Shown here: in pieces, positions 1 through 13,157 of the stretch
How the letters are laid out: every line of letters starts with the position of its first letter
How positions within the stretch are numbered: the stretch's first letter is position 1
NCBI GenBank assembly: GCA_023231475.1
Contig: JALJEE010000060.1
Coordinates: 44,469 to 64,468, forward strand
DNA length: 20,000 nt
From: Seison nebaliae
Lineage: Eukaryota
Direction of reading: 5' to 3'
Position numbers and translations under genes: made by a program
Notes under the pieces: generated by a model
Databases searched by the model: none
Seen by the model: the letters and a program-made list of their open reading frames with translations, nothing else
Told to the model about the DNA's origin: nothing

Positions 1-3000
1 AATAAAGAAAACTTTGTCATATTTCTTATTTTGTTTAAAATACCATTTGTCACACAATGCAAATATTTGAGTAAATAATTCATTTGTTGTTAGACTTTGG
101 TCCGTTTGAAGGATATGAATACGAAGAGCTTTCCCCACTTTCTCCCACAGCTCTTCTGTTAACAGAATTGAATTGAACGAAAATAATTTCTGTATGAAAA
201 TATCAAATTTTTCCTTTTCTTCTGAAATATAATTCGATTTAATAATTTTTTCACAATCATTCTTCTGATTATTTTTCGTTATATGATTATTGACAGATGT
301 TGATTGTGATAGATTTGTGTCATTAATTATCGATCGTTTAATTAATAGTCGTAAACAACCATGATTAATGATATTATTTTGGACTTTTGATAATTCATAA
401 AATTTTTTATATTTTTCATTATTTAATTTCGATGTGAATTGGATACTACCTCCATAAAAGACGGTATCATTTGTTGAATTTAAATTATCAATATTCATCG
501 CAAATAATTTTAATGACAATTTATTCTTCCGAAATACGAACACTTTCTTATCGTCATTCATTTCTCTCAATTCCAATTTGATGTTTCCGATACATTCCAT
601 TTTCAATTGATCACCTTCATGACAGATGAATGTCAAAGAATCTTTTTCATCCATCGAAGAATAAATAAATCCATATTGTGACATCTTGTCCAATAAACTA
701 TATTGATACCGTTTTAAACTAATACCAATCGCCACATTCGTCTTATGGAGGAAATGATGTCGTACAATTATCGATGCAATCTGTCAGAAATTATTTAATG
801 GAAAATTTATTAAATGAAATTTAAATTTATAGAAATAAAATATACATAAAAATTACAAGAAAGAAGAAATTTGTTTGATAGTTCTGGTAGATATTGATCG
901 TCCATTGGTAGTCTCTCTAATACCAGAACCATCAACTGTTCAATTGGAGTGGATGTAGCGAATTTCACGATAAGTTTGTCTTCATCAAAACTTAAGTTTT
1001 TATACTACTCATAAAAGTGATAAAGATTAAAAATTTGAATATATTCATATTTAAAAAATTAAATGAAAAAAAACTTCGGATTTTTGAAGAATTCTCCAAT
1101 TACTTAAAATTATTCGATTGAATGATTTATTCTCGTCATTCGATTTCTTTTCCAGATTATTCTCATCAATTTTTATTATCTTTCTCAACAACTCATTTTC
1201 TTTCAGAAATTTATTTGAATTATTCGGAGTATATTCCTCTTGGATTGTCGTTCGAACCATAATGAAAAGACAATTGTAATCGGTTGATGGTAAGATGAAT
1301 GTGGATTTAAATCTTTCGATCGGTCGCAATGATTCCAACCATTCGTCAACATCATCCGTTTCCTCCAAAGTGTTCGTTGACGATGGATTATGAATGAAAT
1401 ATTCAGGTTTATTTCTCAAATGAGCTATCGATGTCAATTGTGGTGAATGGAGACGTAACTTTCGAATTTCTTTCTTTTCCATTTTATATGATTTCCATAA
1501 CTTATCATCCATTTCCTCCTTCTCAAATATACTCTTGTTCTTTAACCATACTTGAATATCCTTCTCCCTCAAATGTTCCATCTTACTTCGAATGTTACTG
1601 ACGTCCAAACGTCGATATTTTTGTTTAGAATTCGAATCTTGTAAAACTTTCGTATATAATCGTAAATATTGTTTAAACGACTCCAAATCTCCCCGATAAC
1701 TTTGTACTTGTTTCATAATTTGAGATTGAGTTTGCAATTGGCTCTGCAACTTCTCTTGAATACATTCAGTGATGTCACTCAACGAATTATTCCCCTCAAC
1801 ATGATCTTTCAGAAAGTTTTCGATATTATTTTTCGTATTATACAGAATCAATTCTTGGAAATCTAAGAGCGTATGAATTCCTTTCAGATTCTTTAAATTG
1901 TACAAATCGATTTTAAATTCAACGAAATTCATTTCGACAATTTTATTTTTTAAATTTCTTTTCTTCGGAAACGGTTGTTTAATATTGAAAATATTGGAGA
2001 AATATTTGACATTATCAAACATCGGAACATTCTCGTTTGACAACAAATCATCTAACACCTCCAACGATAATGGAAAGACCTAAAAAACAATTTTATATTT
2101 TATTAATATATATCATTCTTCAATTAACTTCAATTGATAATTTCATCGTTTTCTTCTCATTATTCTTCTGCATCAACGAACGTTGTTTGATGGAGAGGAG
2201 TTGTGGAATCTGGAAATGTTGTGATTCGTTTTTAAAAATAAAATGATATTGAATATTCCTTCCCACGATACAATAGAATGTATTCATTTTTGGTATTCTA
2301 AATTTCGCACATTTCCTCGATTTTCGATGATTCCATTTAGTCTCCACAATTCTTATGGGGAGATCATACCATTCATTTTTGTTTTGATCGAGAAATCGTC
2401 CCACTAACATTTCGTTCGATTTCTTAATAAACCAATTCGTATCATACGTCGTATCATTTTGAACGATATCGATTGGAATGACGATTTCTAAATATTCATT
2501 CTCTTTCTTTGAAAAAGAAACGATGAAAATTCAGTTCAATTTCAAATAATGAAAAAAATATTTTTAAAATTTAAAATTTCTTTTTTTAATTATCTAAATC
2601 ATTTTTATTAAGGAAATTCAACTAGATATATTTACGACTTGACTAAAATATAGTTGGATAACGAACTTGTTCAATCAAATTATTCAAATTTTCTTCGTTG
2701 AAAAATGAAGAATTTTCTTTCGTAATTGGAATCTTCGATTGGATTATATCTTTGTTATTACGTATCGATGTTATTAATTCAGTTACGATTCCGAAGAAAC
2801 TTAAACGACGTTCATTCTTTTTCGAGAGATTCTCATCTTTCATTTTACATAAAAATATGAGAGATGATTTGAACCATTCATTAGGTCGAAGAATTGTGGA
2901 AAATAATTCGGGATATTTCTTCCCAAAAATACTAAAATTCTGTCGATCGTCCACGCTGTTCATTTGATATCGATAAGATTTATTGATTAGATTTGGTAAA

Positions 3001-4210
3001 TTAATAACATCATCTAAAATTGGGAAAATTGTTGATAGATGAGTTAACGATACATCGACACAATGATATTGGTAGTTCTGTGTGAAGATTGTCCTTTTTA
3101 CCGTTTCCCGGAAATTTGATTGTGATTTGACTGTCGAATGAATTTTCTTCTTTTGGCAGAATGGAACACATAAGAAATTGTTGTCACAAACAAGAGAATC
3201 ATCATCTTGTATGGGAACCGGTTTCTCCTTATTTCCGTTTTCTTCGATATTGATGGTTGGCAAGTCGGATTTGAAAAGGAGCGAACATAAAACTTTTTTC
3301 GAATTCAATTGATTCTGATCAAATATGACATTGGTGGGAGTGGTTTGTGAGAATTCTTTTTCGAATATATCCAACAATCTCAGATTGATATAAAATGCCG
3401 TTTCGATGATATTCGTCTGATAATAAAATCTGAAAAAAAATTTTTTATTAAATTTAAAAAATGTTTAAGAAAAATAAACAATTTCTCTTCCATATCTTCC
3501 GATTTCTCCCTCGGATGTTTACCACAATTCTTTATACGTCCCATCTTTTTTCCATGTTTCTCATTGTAACTCAAACTGGATTCGATTAATTTAGAAATTT
3601 TCGAATCCTCATCCATCTTCTGTTGACTGTACAACTCACTCAAATAATTCAATCGTTTCAATGACATTTCATGTTTCGATAAGAAATGATTCAAATTATT
3701 CACAGATAAATTATATTTTAATAATTTCTGTCGACTTTCCTCATTTTTCAAACTTAATTCATTCAATTTCTCTTCGATCGTCAATTGTTTCTGTTTAGTC
3801 ATTAATTCCACGTCTTTTAAAAAATATCAAAATTTAAATATATTGAAAATTAAAAGTGAAAAAGGAGAACTTGATAATTGTCGATATTGGGAAATTGTAA
3901 AATTATTTAAGTTGTCTAACAAATTCGAATCAATCGTTCCTACCATCTCATTATCGATCGATCCTAATAACATGGCAACATGTTGAGTTTTAGTCTGTAA
4001 CGACGTGGTGAATTCACTGAGAATGGCAAACAATTTATTCACATCATTTAGTAGTTTATTATATTTCTCACAATTCCAATTCTCTCGATTACTATTCAAA
4101 GTATTTTCTGCTTTCGATATTTTTATATGATCCAATTCGTCCGATAATTTTACTAGAATTCCATTAAATTTTACTTCAATTTGTTTCGTCAAATTTTTAT
4201 TATCATCCAT
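1..4210 (-). CDS. ZU5-UPA-death-domain protein (DTHD1/PIDD/ankyrin supramodule-like), 3'-partial. Exons 4210-3871, 3813-3480, 3429-2667, ~2506-2129 (acceptor uncertain), 2079-1075, 1004-846, 780-13, then a probable GTT donor at 12
   Basis: Exon phases join in frame across GT..AG introns of 57, 50, ~160, 49, 70 and 65 nt. The last exon (780-13, 256 open codons, not in the ORF track) has a UPA-like stretch (IASIIVRH...FICHEGDQLKMECIGNI...VFVF...YGGSIQF) and a death-domain-like start (EELWEKVGKALRI...TQIFALCDKW). ZU5-like motifs LRPNEWFKSSLIFL and LEIVIP...EWYDLP...FYCIVGR flank the uncertain 2667/2506 junction. The region could be two genes. Confidence 0.6.
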
Positions 4211-4493
4211 TTCTAAAGAAATTTTATTTCTCAAAAAATTCTCCAATAAAAACTTTATAATCAAAAAATTCTCATTTATCATCACTTATACTTAATACAA
4301 TTTATATACTATCATAATAGTAAACAAAATTTTCTTGTAAATATTTTTCTGACAAAAAAATTTTCAAAACAGACAAATCTCAAGAGATTTTTAAGAATAA
4401 AATTACATAAAGCAAATGTGTTAAAGTTAAAATTTTATTATATTTTCAAATAATTCGTTCGTTATTAGAGAATTGATTTGTTGTGAATAATTT

Positions 4494-7400
4494 CTAGTCG
4501 ATCGATTCTATACCAGCACGACATATCGGACATGTCGTTGATCCATTCTTGACGAACCATTCTGCCTAAAATATTCATAGAAATTCAAATTAAAATATTT
4601 AATCTTTTTTTTTTAAATTAATTACTAACGACACATTCGCTATGTTGTCGATTTTTACATTGTTCACATTGGAAGATCTTTCGAGAACTAATCGTATCGA
4701 TAACTTCATAACAAATGACACAATTTTCAAATTGGAATAAAGTGCCATTGATGGTTTGTTTGATACGATTGACAGTGTCTTCCAATGAATTATTCTCTAG
4801 AATAATTCTTTCGATCATATTCCTGATTCCAATTTTCCATTTTTTACGATAATCTGTCGTGAATTTTTCGATAATTAATGGCTCTATAAAAACGATAAGA
4901 AAAACGATAAATTATTTGGAAATTTGAAAAATTATTTAACGATATGGATAATCGAGAGTGGCGGCTAAATCCATTTCGAGATATTTGATGTCGTTGGAAA
5001 TGTAAACCAGTTCAATTCTCAACGAATCGCCCAAAATCAAATTGACTTTCATTTGAGCTTCGCCCTCGTTCAATTTCTTCCTAAGATTTGGTAATTTCAT
5101 TTGAAATTCTCGGAAAATATTAATTCGACATTTCTTCGTTTGAGATCGAATATATTTATGAACTTGATTATGTGACGTTTTAAAATTCACTAAACATTTC
5201 GGCAAATAAACAACGAAATGATTGAACGCCACATCGTATTGTTTGAGACAGATGAATGTGCACAATTTCTCCATTGACGATGATGGAGATTGAGTTGTTT
5301 TGAATAAATGTTCGAAATCGAAATCTTTTTGTATTTTCCGATTATGATTTGTTGGGAATAGACTGTGAAATTGATAATAATTAACAAGAAAATATTTCAT
5401 GAATTGTTCGTTGAAAACGTTTAATCGATAAAACTGATTTCTTTCCGTTGAAGTGAGATTATTAACAATTCCATTCTGTTTTTGACACAACAATGAAATA
5501 TTGGAACAAATGATACATTGTTTGAAAATTTGAGAAAATTTCAAATTTTCTTCCGCATCTTCTATGGAAGAATATGAAAAAAATAGAAGAGATGTTGCGA
5601 ACACTTCGTCGAATTTGAGAAGAATTCTCAATTCTTCTTTCATTTCTTTATCCGACAAATCTTTCTTCAACAATTCCACAATCGATCTTATAACTGAATC
5701 GATAGATGATTCCAAAAACATCTTCTTTATCTCATGTGTCAATTGAATGATCAAATGGAAATTTAGTGAATCGAATTCATCATATTTCTCACCGAAATCC
5801 AACCAAATTCCTTCCACTTCACTCCACGTTATTTGTGACAAATTCTTCTTTTCTTCCATTAAAAATTCCTCTAAATCCACTAATGTGGTAGCGTTTAATA
5901 ATTCTCTCATCGTTCCATTAATGAGTGGTAATAAATTATTGATTAAGACTACTAAATGGTTGGGAGGATATTCATCAATATAGTTTGTCGTTTCCAACTG
6001 AATTATTTTTGAAAATTTATAAAAGAATTTTACGAGAAAACTATAAATTTCATGAATGAAATTCTTTCTTGTTACTTCTGACAACTTCTCCAACTCATCT
6101 TGATTAACTCCACGAATTGAATGAATTAAAAGTTCGAAAAAATATTGGAAAACTCCCATCAAATAATATCGTGATGATGGTAATGAAATGTTGTTATGTA
6201 AATTATCCAAGATACTTTCCCCATTCATAATAATGAAATTGAGGAAGAATATTTGTTGTTTTCGTTCATCAACTAAATTAATTTGTTTAAAATTCATGTG
6301 CCATTTGAACATGTGAGGGAAGTGATTGAATTGATTTCTATAAATTATCGAATTCGATTTCTCTAAATAATCCACGAGAGTTGAGAGGAAATCTTCTTTT
6401 AATTCCAATGAAATATCGATGATTTTAACTTCATTCTCTTCCACATTCTCATAATTCTTCCCGAAATCTAAACGTAAAAATTTCTTGATTCCATCAAAAT
6501 GTTCTTCATTGAAATTATTCAAATTTTCAATTTTCTCCCAACAACTTTCATAATCGAATATCGTCAATCTTTTCAAATAATAAATCGGAATTAAAAGTAT
6601 TCTCTTATAGAGATAAGTCAATTCCTTCTTTTTCTCCATCATTAAATTAATATAATCGATCCATCCGAATAATTTGATCGGTTGACGTTTGAAAAAATTT
6701 AAAATTTGTCCACATAAACCTTTCGATTTCAATCCCATTTTTACATCTGATAAAAAGAGATTGATTAATTCCATCGATTTCTCATCGTTATCAGATGAAG
6801 AAATGACGAATAATTGAAGGAAAAAAAATGTCAATTTATCATAAAGAATTCCGTTCATCATTCTCCAATTATCCGAAGTGAATTCAAAGAAATCATCTTT
6901 CAAATAATGAGCAATTAATTGTAATTGAATTAAATTGATTATTTGATATTTGTCAAATAATTGTCGAATATTATCATCCTTCAAATTCAATTTATATCGA
7001 TGATCAATCATATGACGACTTTCCTCAATATTCAAATCATAATGGAATTCATAATCGTTCAAAACACCATTCTTCAACGATGAGAACGGAAGATTATTGA
7101 GTGTTGAATTATTCTCTAATAATTGATCGATTTGACGAAGATAAAATCGTTTCGATGATTTCATATGATAATTTTCTGATTTCCAATAATTTATCAATTT
7201 CTCCAGAAATTCCCAAGTACAATCCGAGTAGAATATAAGTCCACTAAAGAATGGTATAATGTCAATACGAATAAATGTTTCGAGAACTTCATTCCAAATA
7301 TTCAATAATTTCTTATCTTCTTTGACATATTGATAAATAAATAATCCGATCGATTCATTCGATTCTGATAATTTCTTGTCGTTTCTTATTAAATTCTCAC

Positions 7401-9872
7401 AATTTTCATCTTTTAAACTCTCTAAATAAACTCGTAAATAAACTTTCTTCAAATGATCCAATTTGAAGACTTCGTTCGATGAAATTATATCTACCTCATT
7501 CAATTTTTTTGAGAAATTTAAACAATTTACAAAACCATCAAAATCTTCAATTTTTCCATCATTTTTCAAATATTCCTCATATTCTTCTTCAAAATTATCA
7601 ATCACATAAGACAAATAATATTTTGAAGTATTACAACAATCATTCAATAGACACCATAACTTTCCCATATCATTCCAATCGATTTGATTGAAAATGAATT
7701 TATTCAATAATTTGATATTCTCAATCGATTCAATTCGATTGAAATTATCCGAATTATTCAAATATCTTAACATGATCCCATATAATTTTTCCAAATTCTT
7801 CTTCTTCTCACAAAAGTCAATGAAATATTTTATCAATTCAAAATAGAATAATAAATTATCTGACGATTTATCTTGTTGTCGTAACCATGTAATCGTTTTA
7901 TGGAATTGACTCATGAAATTTTTAATTTTCTCAAAATTTTCCATTCCATCATTTTTGAATAGATTCTTTCCCATTGTCTTTAGATAGTCTTTAAAAATTG
8001 AAATATTCTCACCAGAACATTTATAATTTTTGAAATATTGGAAGCAAAGAGATAGAAAATAAGAGAAAGAATGATCATCATAAATTCCATCAGAATTTCC
8101 AATAATCGATTTCATTTCATCGAATAATTTATTTCGAATTGAATATTTTCGATTTACGAAATTCGACTCATTAAAGAAGGAGATGATTGATTTAGATGTG
8201 CGTAATAAATTCTCATTTAAATCAGCTTCTTTAAATGACGATTCAAAATTGAAATTTTTATAATTTTCATGAACGAATTCCAAATAATGATCGACATTTC
8301 CTGGTTGATAAAGGAGGATTTTATCGAACTCACCAAACAGAATCGACAATTCTTCTTTCATCGATAAATTTAATCGTATAAGAAAATCGATAACGACCGA
8401 TAAGAGAGTTGGATGGAAAGTGTGCATATATTGTGCATAAATTACCATTAAAATTTTTTCGACGAATTTCAATTTTTTTTTTCTCGTTCCATCATCGATC
8501 CAAGTCAAAGTACAAATCATGTTGAGGAATGTTCGAGTTAAAGTGGCGACGGTTCTTATATCGTCGATATTCCTTATTAATTTCTCCCAATTTTTCAAAA
8601 GATGAGAAAAATTCAATTTGAATTCTTCATCGTTTTCAGTTTTCTCTATAAAATTTGAACTAATTTTTTCTTCTGAAAATTTGATATTCGATCGTTGTTT
8701 CCTTATTAGATCGTTCAATAATTGGAAACATCTTATTTGACATTCGATGACCAGATGTTGAGGAAGAAGGAAATCTTTTGAATTATTTATTGATATTAAT
8801 TGAATTAATAATTGAAGGAGATATTTGTCAATTTCGATACTCTTCTTCAATTCCATTGGAAATTGTAATCGATTGACAATATGAAGAAAATTTAATTGAC
8901 TTTGAAGGTAATTGATATAAGTCAAATAATTGAAATGTTTCCGGTTGATGATAAATATCATTTTCTCACAAATATTTCTAATCAATAAATTATTGATATC
9001 CTTCAATAAATGATCACCTTTAAAATCATAAATTGGATAAGAAACATAATTATCGATAATTTTATATCGATTAATTTCAAGAAGAAGAATCGACGTTATA
9101 TTTTGAATTATCGTCAATAAATTATATTGTGATTCGTCATCATTTCTTTCTTCTAATTGTGATTCTTTCAATAATCGTCTCCATTTGGGTTGATGAAATA
9201 TTTGGAGAAATTTCGAATAATTTCCACGTATCAAATCGATGATGGAGAAACCGTTTTGATGGAAAATATCGAAAATTTTTTTCGATGTCATCAACGACAT
9301 CTCTTTCCGATATCCAGCTACAAACAAACTATATGATTGACATTGGAAGATGTAGAAGAAATGTTCATTCATCTCATTCTTTATGAATTCCATATCCACC
9401 TCAAAATGTTTACGATGATAATTTAATAATTGTAATTCTATTTGAAGAGCTTTCTCTCGTATACCATTTCTTTCATTTGAAGCACAACGACGGAAATAAT
9501 TCATCCACTCATGAAAGAGAGTTTGGAAGGATGTGGATGGATAACTTTCTAATTTTTCTTCGAAATAATCGAATAATTCATTCAAAGCCTTCAATTTTGT
9601 CGTTTCATCTTTCTTCAACAAATGACGGAATTGAATAAGTACATGCTCATCAATCGATAAATTAGAGTGTCGTTCAACATTCTCCATTCTCGTCGAACCA
9701 AATCCACCGAACGACAACTGATTATTTCTGTCATCATTTCCATGAGATGTTTGTGAGAGAATGGCGGCACGACTACTACTTGCCGGCTGGAAGATGATTT
9801 ATTATTGCTTTTTTTTTGTCGGAAGAAAATATAAACTTTCAAATGACCTTTCACTCTCTGTTTAATAACCAT
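4494..9872 (-). CDS. LTN1: E3 ubiquitin ligase listerin (ribosome quality control), ~1735 aa. Exons 9872-9837, 9786-4941, 4883-4630, 4565-4494
   Basis: The spliced N-terminus MVIKQRVKGHLK|PASSSRAAIL...SFGGFG...LLKKDETTKLKAL matches the conserved listerin N-terminus. An RWD-like LDYPY|QP follows, then a C4HC3 RING (CVIC...CEQCKNRQHSECV|AEWF...CPICR). Introns are 50, 57 and 64 nt, all GTT..AG; stop is TAG. Confidence 0.95.
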
Positions 9873-10097
9873 ATTTCACTCAAATAAATCCAATTTTCTT
9901 TCAAATTTTCAATTTTCATTCAATTTTTATAGTTCGTTTGAGTTAATGTTGCAAAATTTCAAGCTAATTTTTTTAAACTCAAAATTTAAAAACATTTAAA
10001 TTAATTCATTAATTTCATTAAGAAGATTTCACGATATTTACTTTAATCCTCCAAATCACTATTCAATGATTATCTTATTAATTGTGACATAATTAAA

Positions 10098-10781
10098 TTA
10101 ATATTGAGAAATGGAACATTTAAGTCTGGCTGGTAATCGTTTATGGGATTCATCATTCTTATCAATATGAATTTCGAAAACTTCACAAAAACCTTTTCCT
10201 TCGTTCGCTGATTTCACTCGTTTATAAATCATCGGATACGCCGGTGAATTATAAAGCTTATCCAGGTTTTTGAACCGTTTTTTTGTTTGTCTTTCGTTTA
10301 ACCATTTGGAGAATGTATTAATCATCTTTATGGTTTTTATCGATTTCCATAACCTCCTTATTCGTTTAAGAGGACGCTAAAATGAAAAAATTTACGATTT
10401 CTTCTGTTGAAAAATTTTTTAAACTTTCTTCTTCGATAATGTTCTTTTTTCCTCTTCAACAACTTCCTCTACATCTTCACCAATTTGAGACGGAGTTTGA
10501 ATTAAATGTTCTAAATTTTCCTCTTTCACTTCCATTTCTTCCATTAAATTATCAATGTGGATGGTAGAAACATCAGGTAAAGGATCTTGTTCCTCTTCCG
10601 TCAATTCATCTAAAGACTCGACTTCTTTTATCGCTTTTACTCGAACTTCAGTGATAACATTCGTAGTGGATGAAAGTACATTCGACTCTTTACTAAATGT
10701 GTCACCTCCTCCATTATCATCATTTTTTGACTGATTATTTTCATCATTTTTTATTACGTCTGATTCGTTTAAACTTTCCAT
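10098..10781 (-). CDS. Hypothetical 211-aa protein with an acidic low-complexity N-half and a basic C-half. Exons 10781-10425, 10376-10098
   Basis: The two ORF-track fragments join in phase 0 across a 48-nt GTTTAA..TTTTAG intron (LSKKK|RPLKRIRRLWKSIK). No family recognised. Confidence 0.75.
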
Positions 10782-10949
10782 CTTTATATTTCTTTTTTAT
10801 ATAATCAGATTATTCGATTGTTCTTATTCTTATAATAGCGCACGATTTTATAAAATTTCTTAAATGGAAAAAACTTCAAATATTTTAATTATATTTTTTA
10901 ATTTTTTAAATTCCCCATGATATTGAGTATATTCGATTGGCAAATGGAA

Positions 10950-12910
10950 TTAAACCAATTTTCCTTGACATTGATATCCGTAACATCCACCGAAAGGAAA
11001 TTCGTTCGGTAAGATGACGGCTTGAGTTGTAAATTCGTAAGTAGCATCTCTTGCTTCGGAAGGAAATGTGAGTTGAATGAAAAATGCTTTGAATCGTCCA
11101 TTAGTAGGTGCCGTTTCGTTATAACTAAATGAGGTGGCATTCTAAATTAAAACTATAAATAAATTACACTAAAAAATTCCCAACATTTACTTTTAATGTT
11201 TTCTTATGATAAATGATTGGATGTAATATTTGTTCGCCCGGTTTCCCGAAAGGATCTTGTTGTAATAATCGAAAATCTCTCCTATCAATTAATATGATTT
11301 CTTGACAGACTAACAATATCAAACCTTCCATCATCTTCAGTTAATGCTGAATATACTGTGATAGTGTCGGGAATACTTTCACATTGTACGTCTATTCTTC
11401 CACTTTTCTTATCTTCCGAATAATGAACATTCCAAGAGAATTTAGGTCGTTTTTCATTCTTCAATTATTATTGAAAAAATTATCAATTAAAAATTAAAAT
11501 AATAATAAATAAATTTAACTTCCAAAATACTTTTGTAGAAAGCGTGGAGACTATAAAATAAGCTCATTCGATGTCCAATTAATTCATGTTCACAATTTGC
11601 AATAACTCTTTTAAGTTGTCATTTTTTTATGATAATTTAATGAGCATTGAAGAATAAAAATTGTATATTCTAATAAATAGAACCTCGTATATTTTTCATA
11701 TTTCGTAAAATTATTCCAATAATAATATGAGTCATCAGGTAGAAAGAATTCGTCGGAACTTGTTGAAATAACATAAATAGGAACGGAATATCGATCTCGA
11801 TAAGCTTATTAAAATTTTATATTTTAAAATGTTAAAATGAAAATAACAATAAGGATCAATTAAATCCATCATTTTTTCCAATATTGGTGAATCCAAATAT
11901 TGAGTAATGTTCAATTGCCAATATGGATTGAAAGCAAATGTCCATCCACCCAACGATCGATAATGATGATGGAGATTCTTTAAAAATTATCGATAATTAC
12001 AAATTTCTATGGAAAAACAATTAAAAAAAAAACTTTAGAGAAATTTAATTCGTCCATCACTATCGGTGCTATACCGATCACTCGTTTATCGACTGCAGCC
12101 GTCGTCCATGTAGTCCAACCTCGTTTCGATTCTCCACAAACAAAAAACTTATCGAGTTTTAAACGATAATCAATTTTTCCTGAAAAATCCGCCACCGTAT
12201 CCATAGCTCGAACAGCAGCCTTAGTCATTGGGAATCTGATTAACCATTCAGGTTTACTTCCGTTCATTTCGATATATTTGTACCAAGTGAACGCTATAAT
12301 CTCATCTTCTGATCTATGCATTTGTAATGGATCATCCTATGGAAATTAAAATTTTAATAAATTCCAATATTTTTTTCAAAATTATATTCAACATTAAAAA
12401 TGATACTTTGGTTGGGAACATTTCTTATGACAAAAGCCACACTACCAGTACTGAGTGCCATCATACTAATAAATTCATTAAATTTGTCATCCATTTTCGG
12501 AACGTAACTATCAAATATTCATAATCCATCATAATTCTTAATGAAAAATGGAAATTTATAAACTTTGGATTATTTCCTCCTAAGCCAATGTACATGTAGG
12601 CAGTTGTAAAATTTTTAATTTCGTGTGGAATCGCTATGACCATATCATGGTACCAGATTGATCTCGAACTATCATTTTCTAATAAAATGAAATTTTAAAA
12701 TTTTTTTATTTCTCAATTTAACAAAGAACCAGTCAACCATTTTTGTGAAGTCATATTAATGTGATAAGCAGTGAATCCGTCACCATCATATCTCCAAGAA
12801 GTGATGATATCGTAAGAATAATTTGGATCAAATTTTTTAACGTAATCATCCAATTCATTGGAATGAATTGATGCAAAAAGAATAAAGAAAAATGAAAGAA
12901 AAGTTCTCAT
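10950..12910 (-). CDS. Secreted PqaA/AprA-family (PhoPQ-activated pathogenicity protein / autocrine proliferation repressor A-like) alpha/beta hydrolase, 491 aa. Exons 12910-12730, 12678-12564, 12507-12393, 12336-12034, 11977-11848, 11804-11684, 11607-11520, 11458-11325, 11281-11185, 11141-10950
   Basis: Signal peptide MRTFLSFFFILFASIHS. Family motifs LDDYV, NMTSQKW, VPNQ, RSEDEIIAFTW, PMTKAAVRAMD, GESKRGWTTW, HHYRSLGGW, IDPY, DEFFLPDD, NCEH, RRDFR and terminal CQGKLV. All nine introns restore the frame. Confidence 0.92.
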
Positions 12911-13157
12911 CTTTAAAATTTGTATGACAAATGAAAATGAAAAGATTTCCAAAAATAATATACTTCCGATATAATTAATGTAAACAAATTATTAGAGATT
13001 ATTTTTTTCGTTCATAAAGAAAGTTATCTTATTTAACAAAATTTTTGAAGGTCAACGAAAGAGATTATTGAAATTGTGATGATATTCATTTTCAATCTGT
13101 TTAGATATTTCCGTCTCCTAATCAATCTTTTTCTAATATGATGCTCGTTCTTTCACC

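Noticed and set aside
4213..4285. N-terminal extension MMINENFLIIKF of the leftmost gene
   Set aside because: The composition is intron/UTR-like (GTT..TTTAG, 41 nt), and splicing it puts the upstream ATG out of frame, so ATG 4210 is preferred.
10898..11140. 80-aa minus ORF MPPHLVITK as a separate gene
   Set aside because: It is an alternative frame of the last PqaA-like exon (11141-10950). ORF 5190-5387 inside LTN1 is likewise off-frame.
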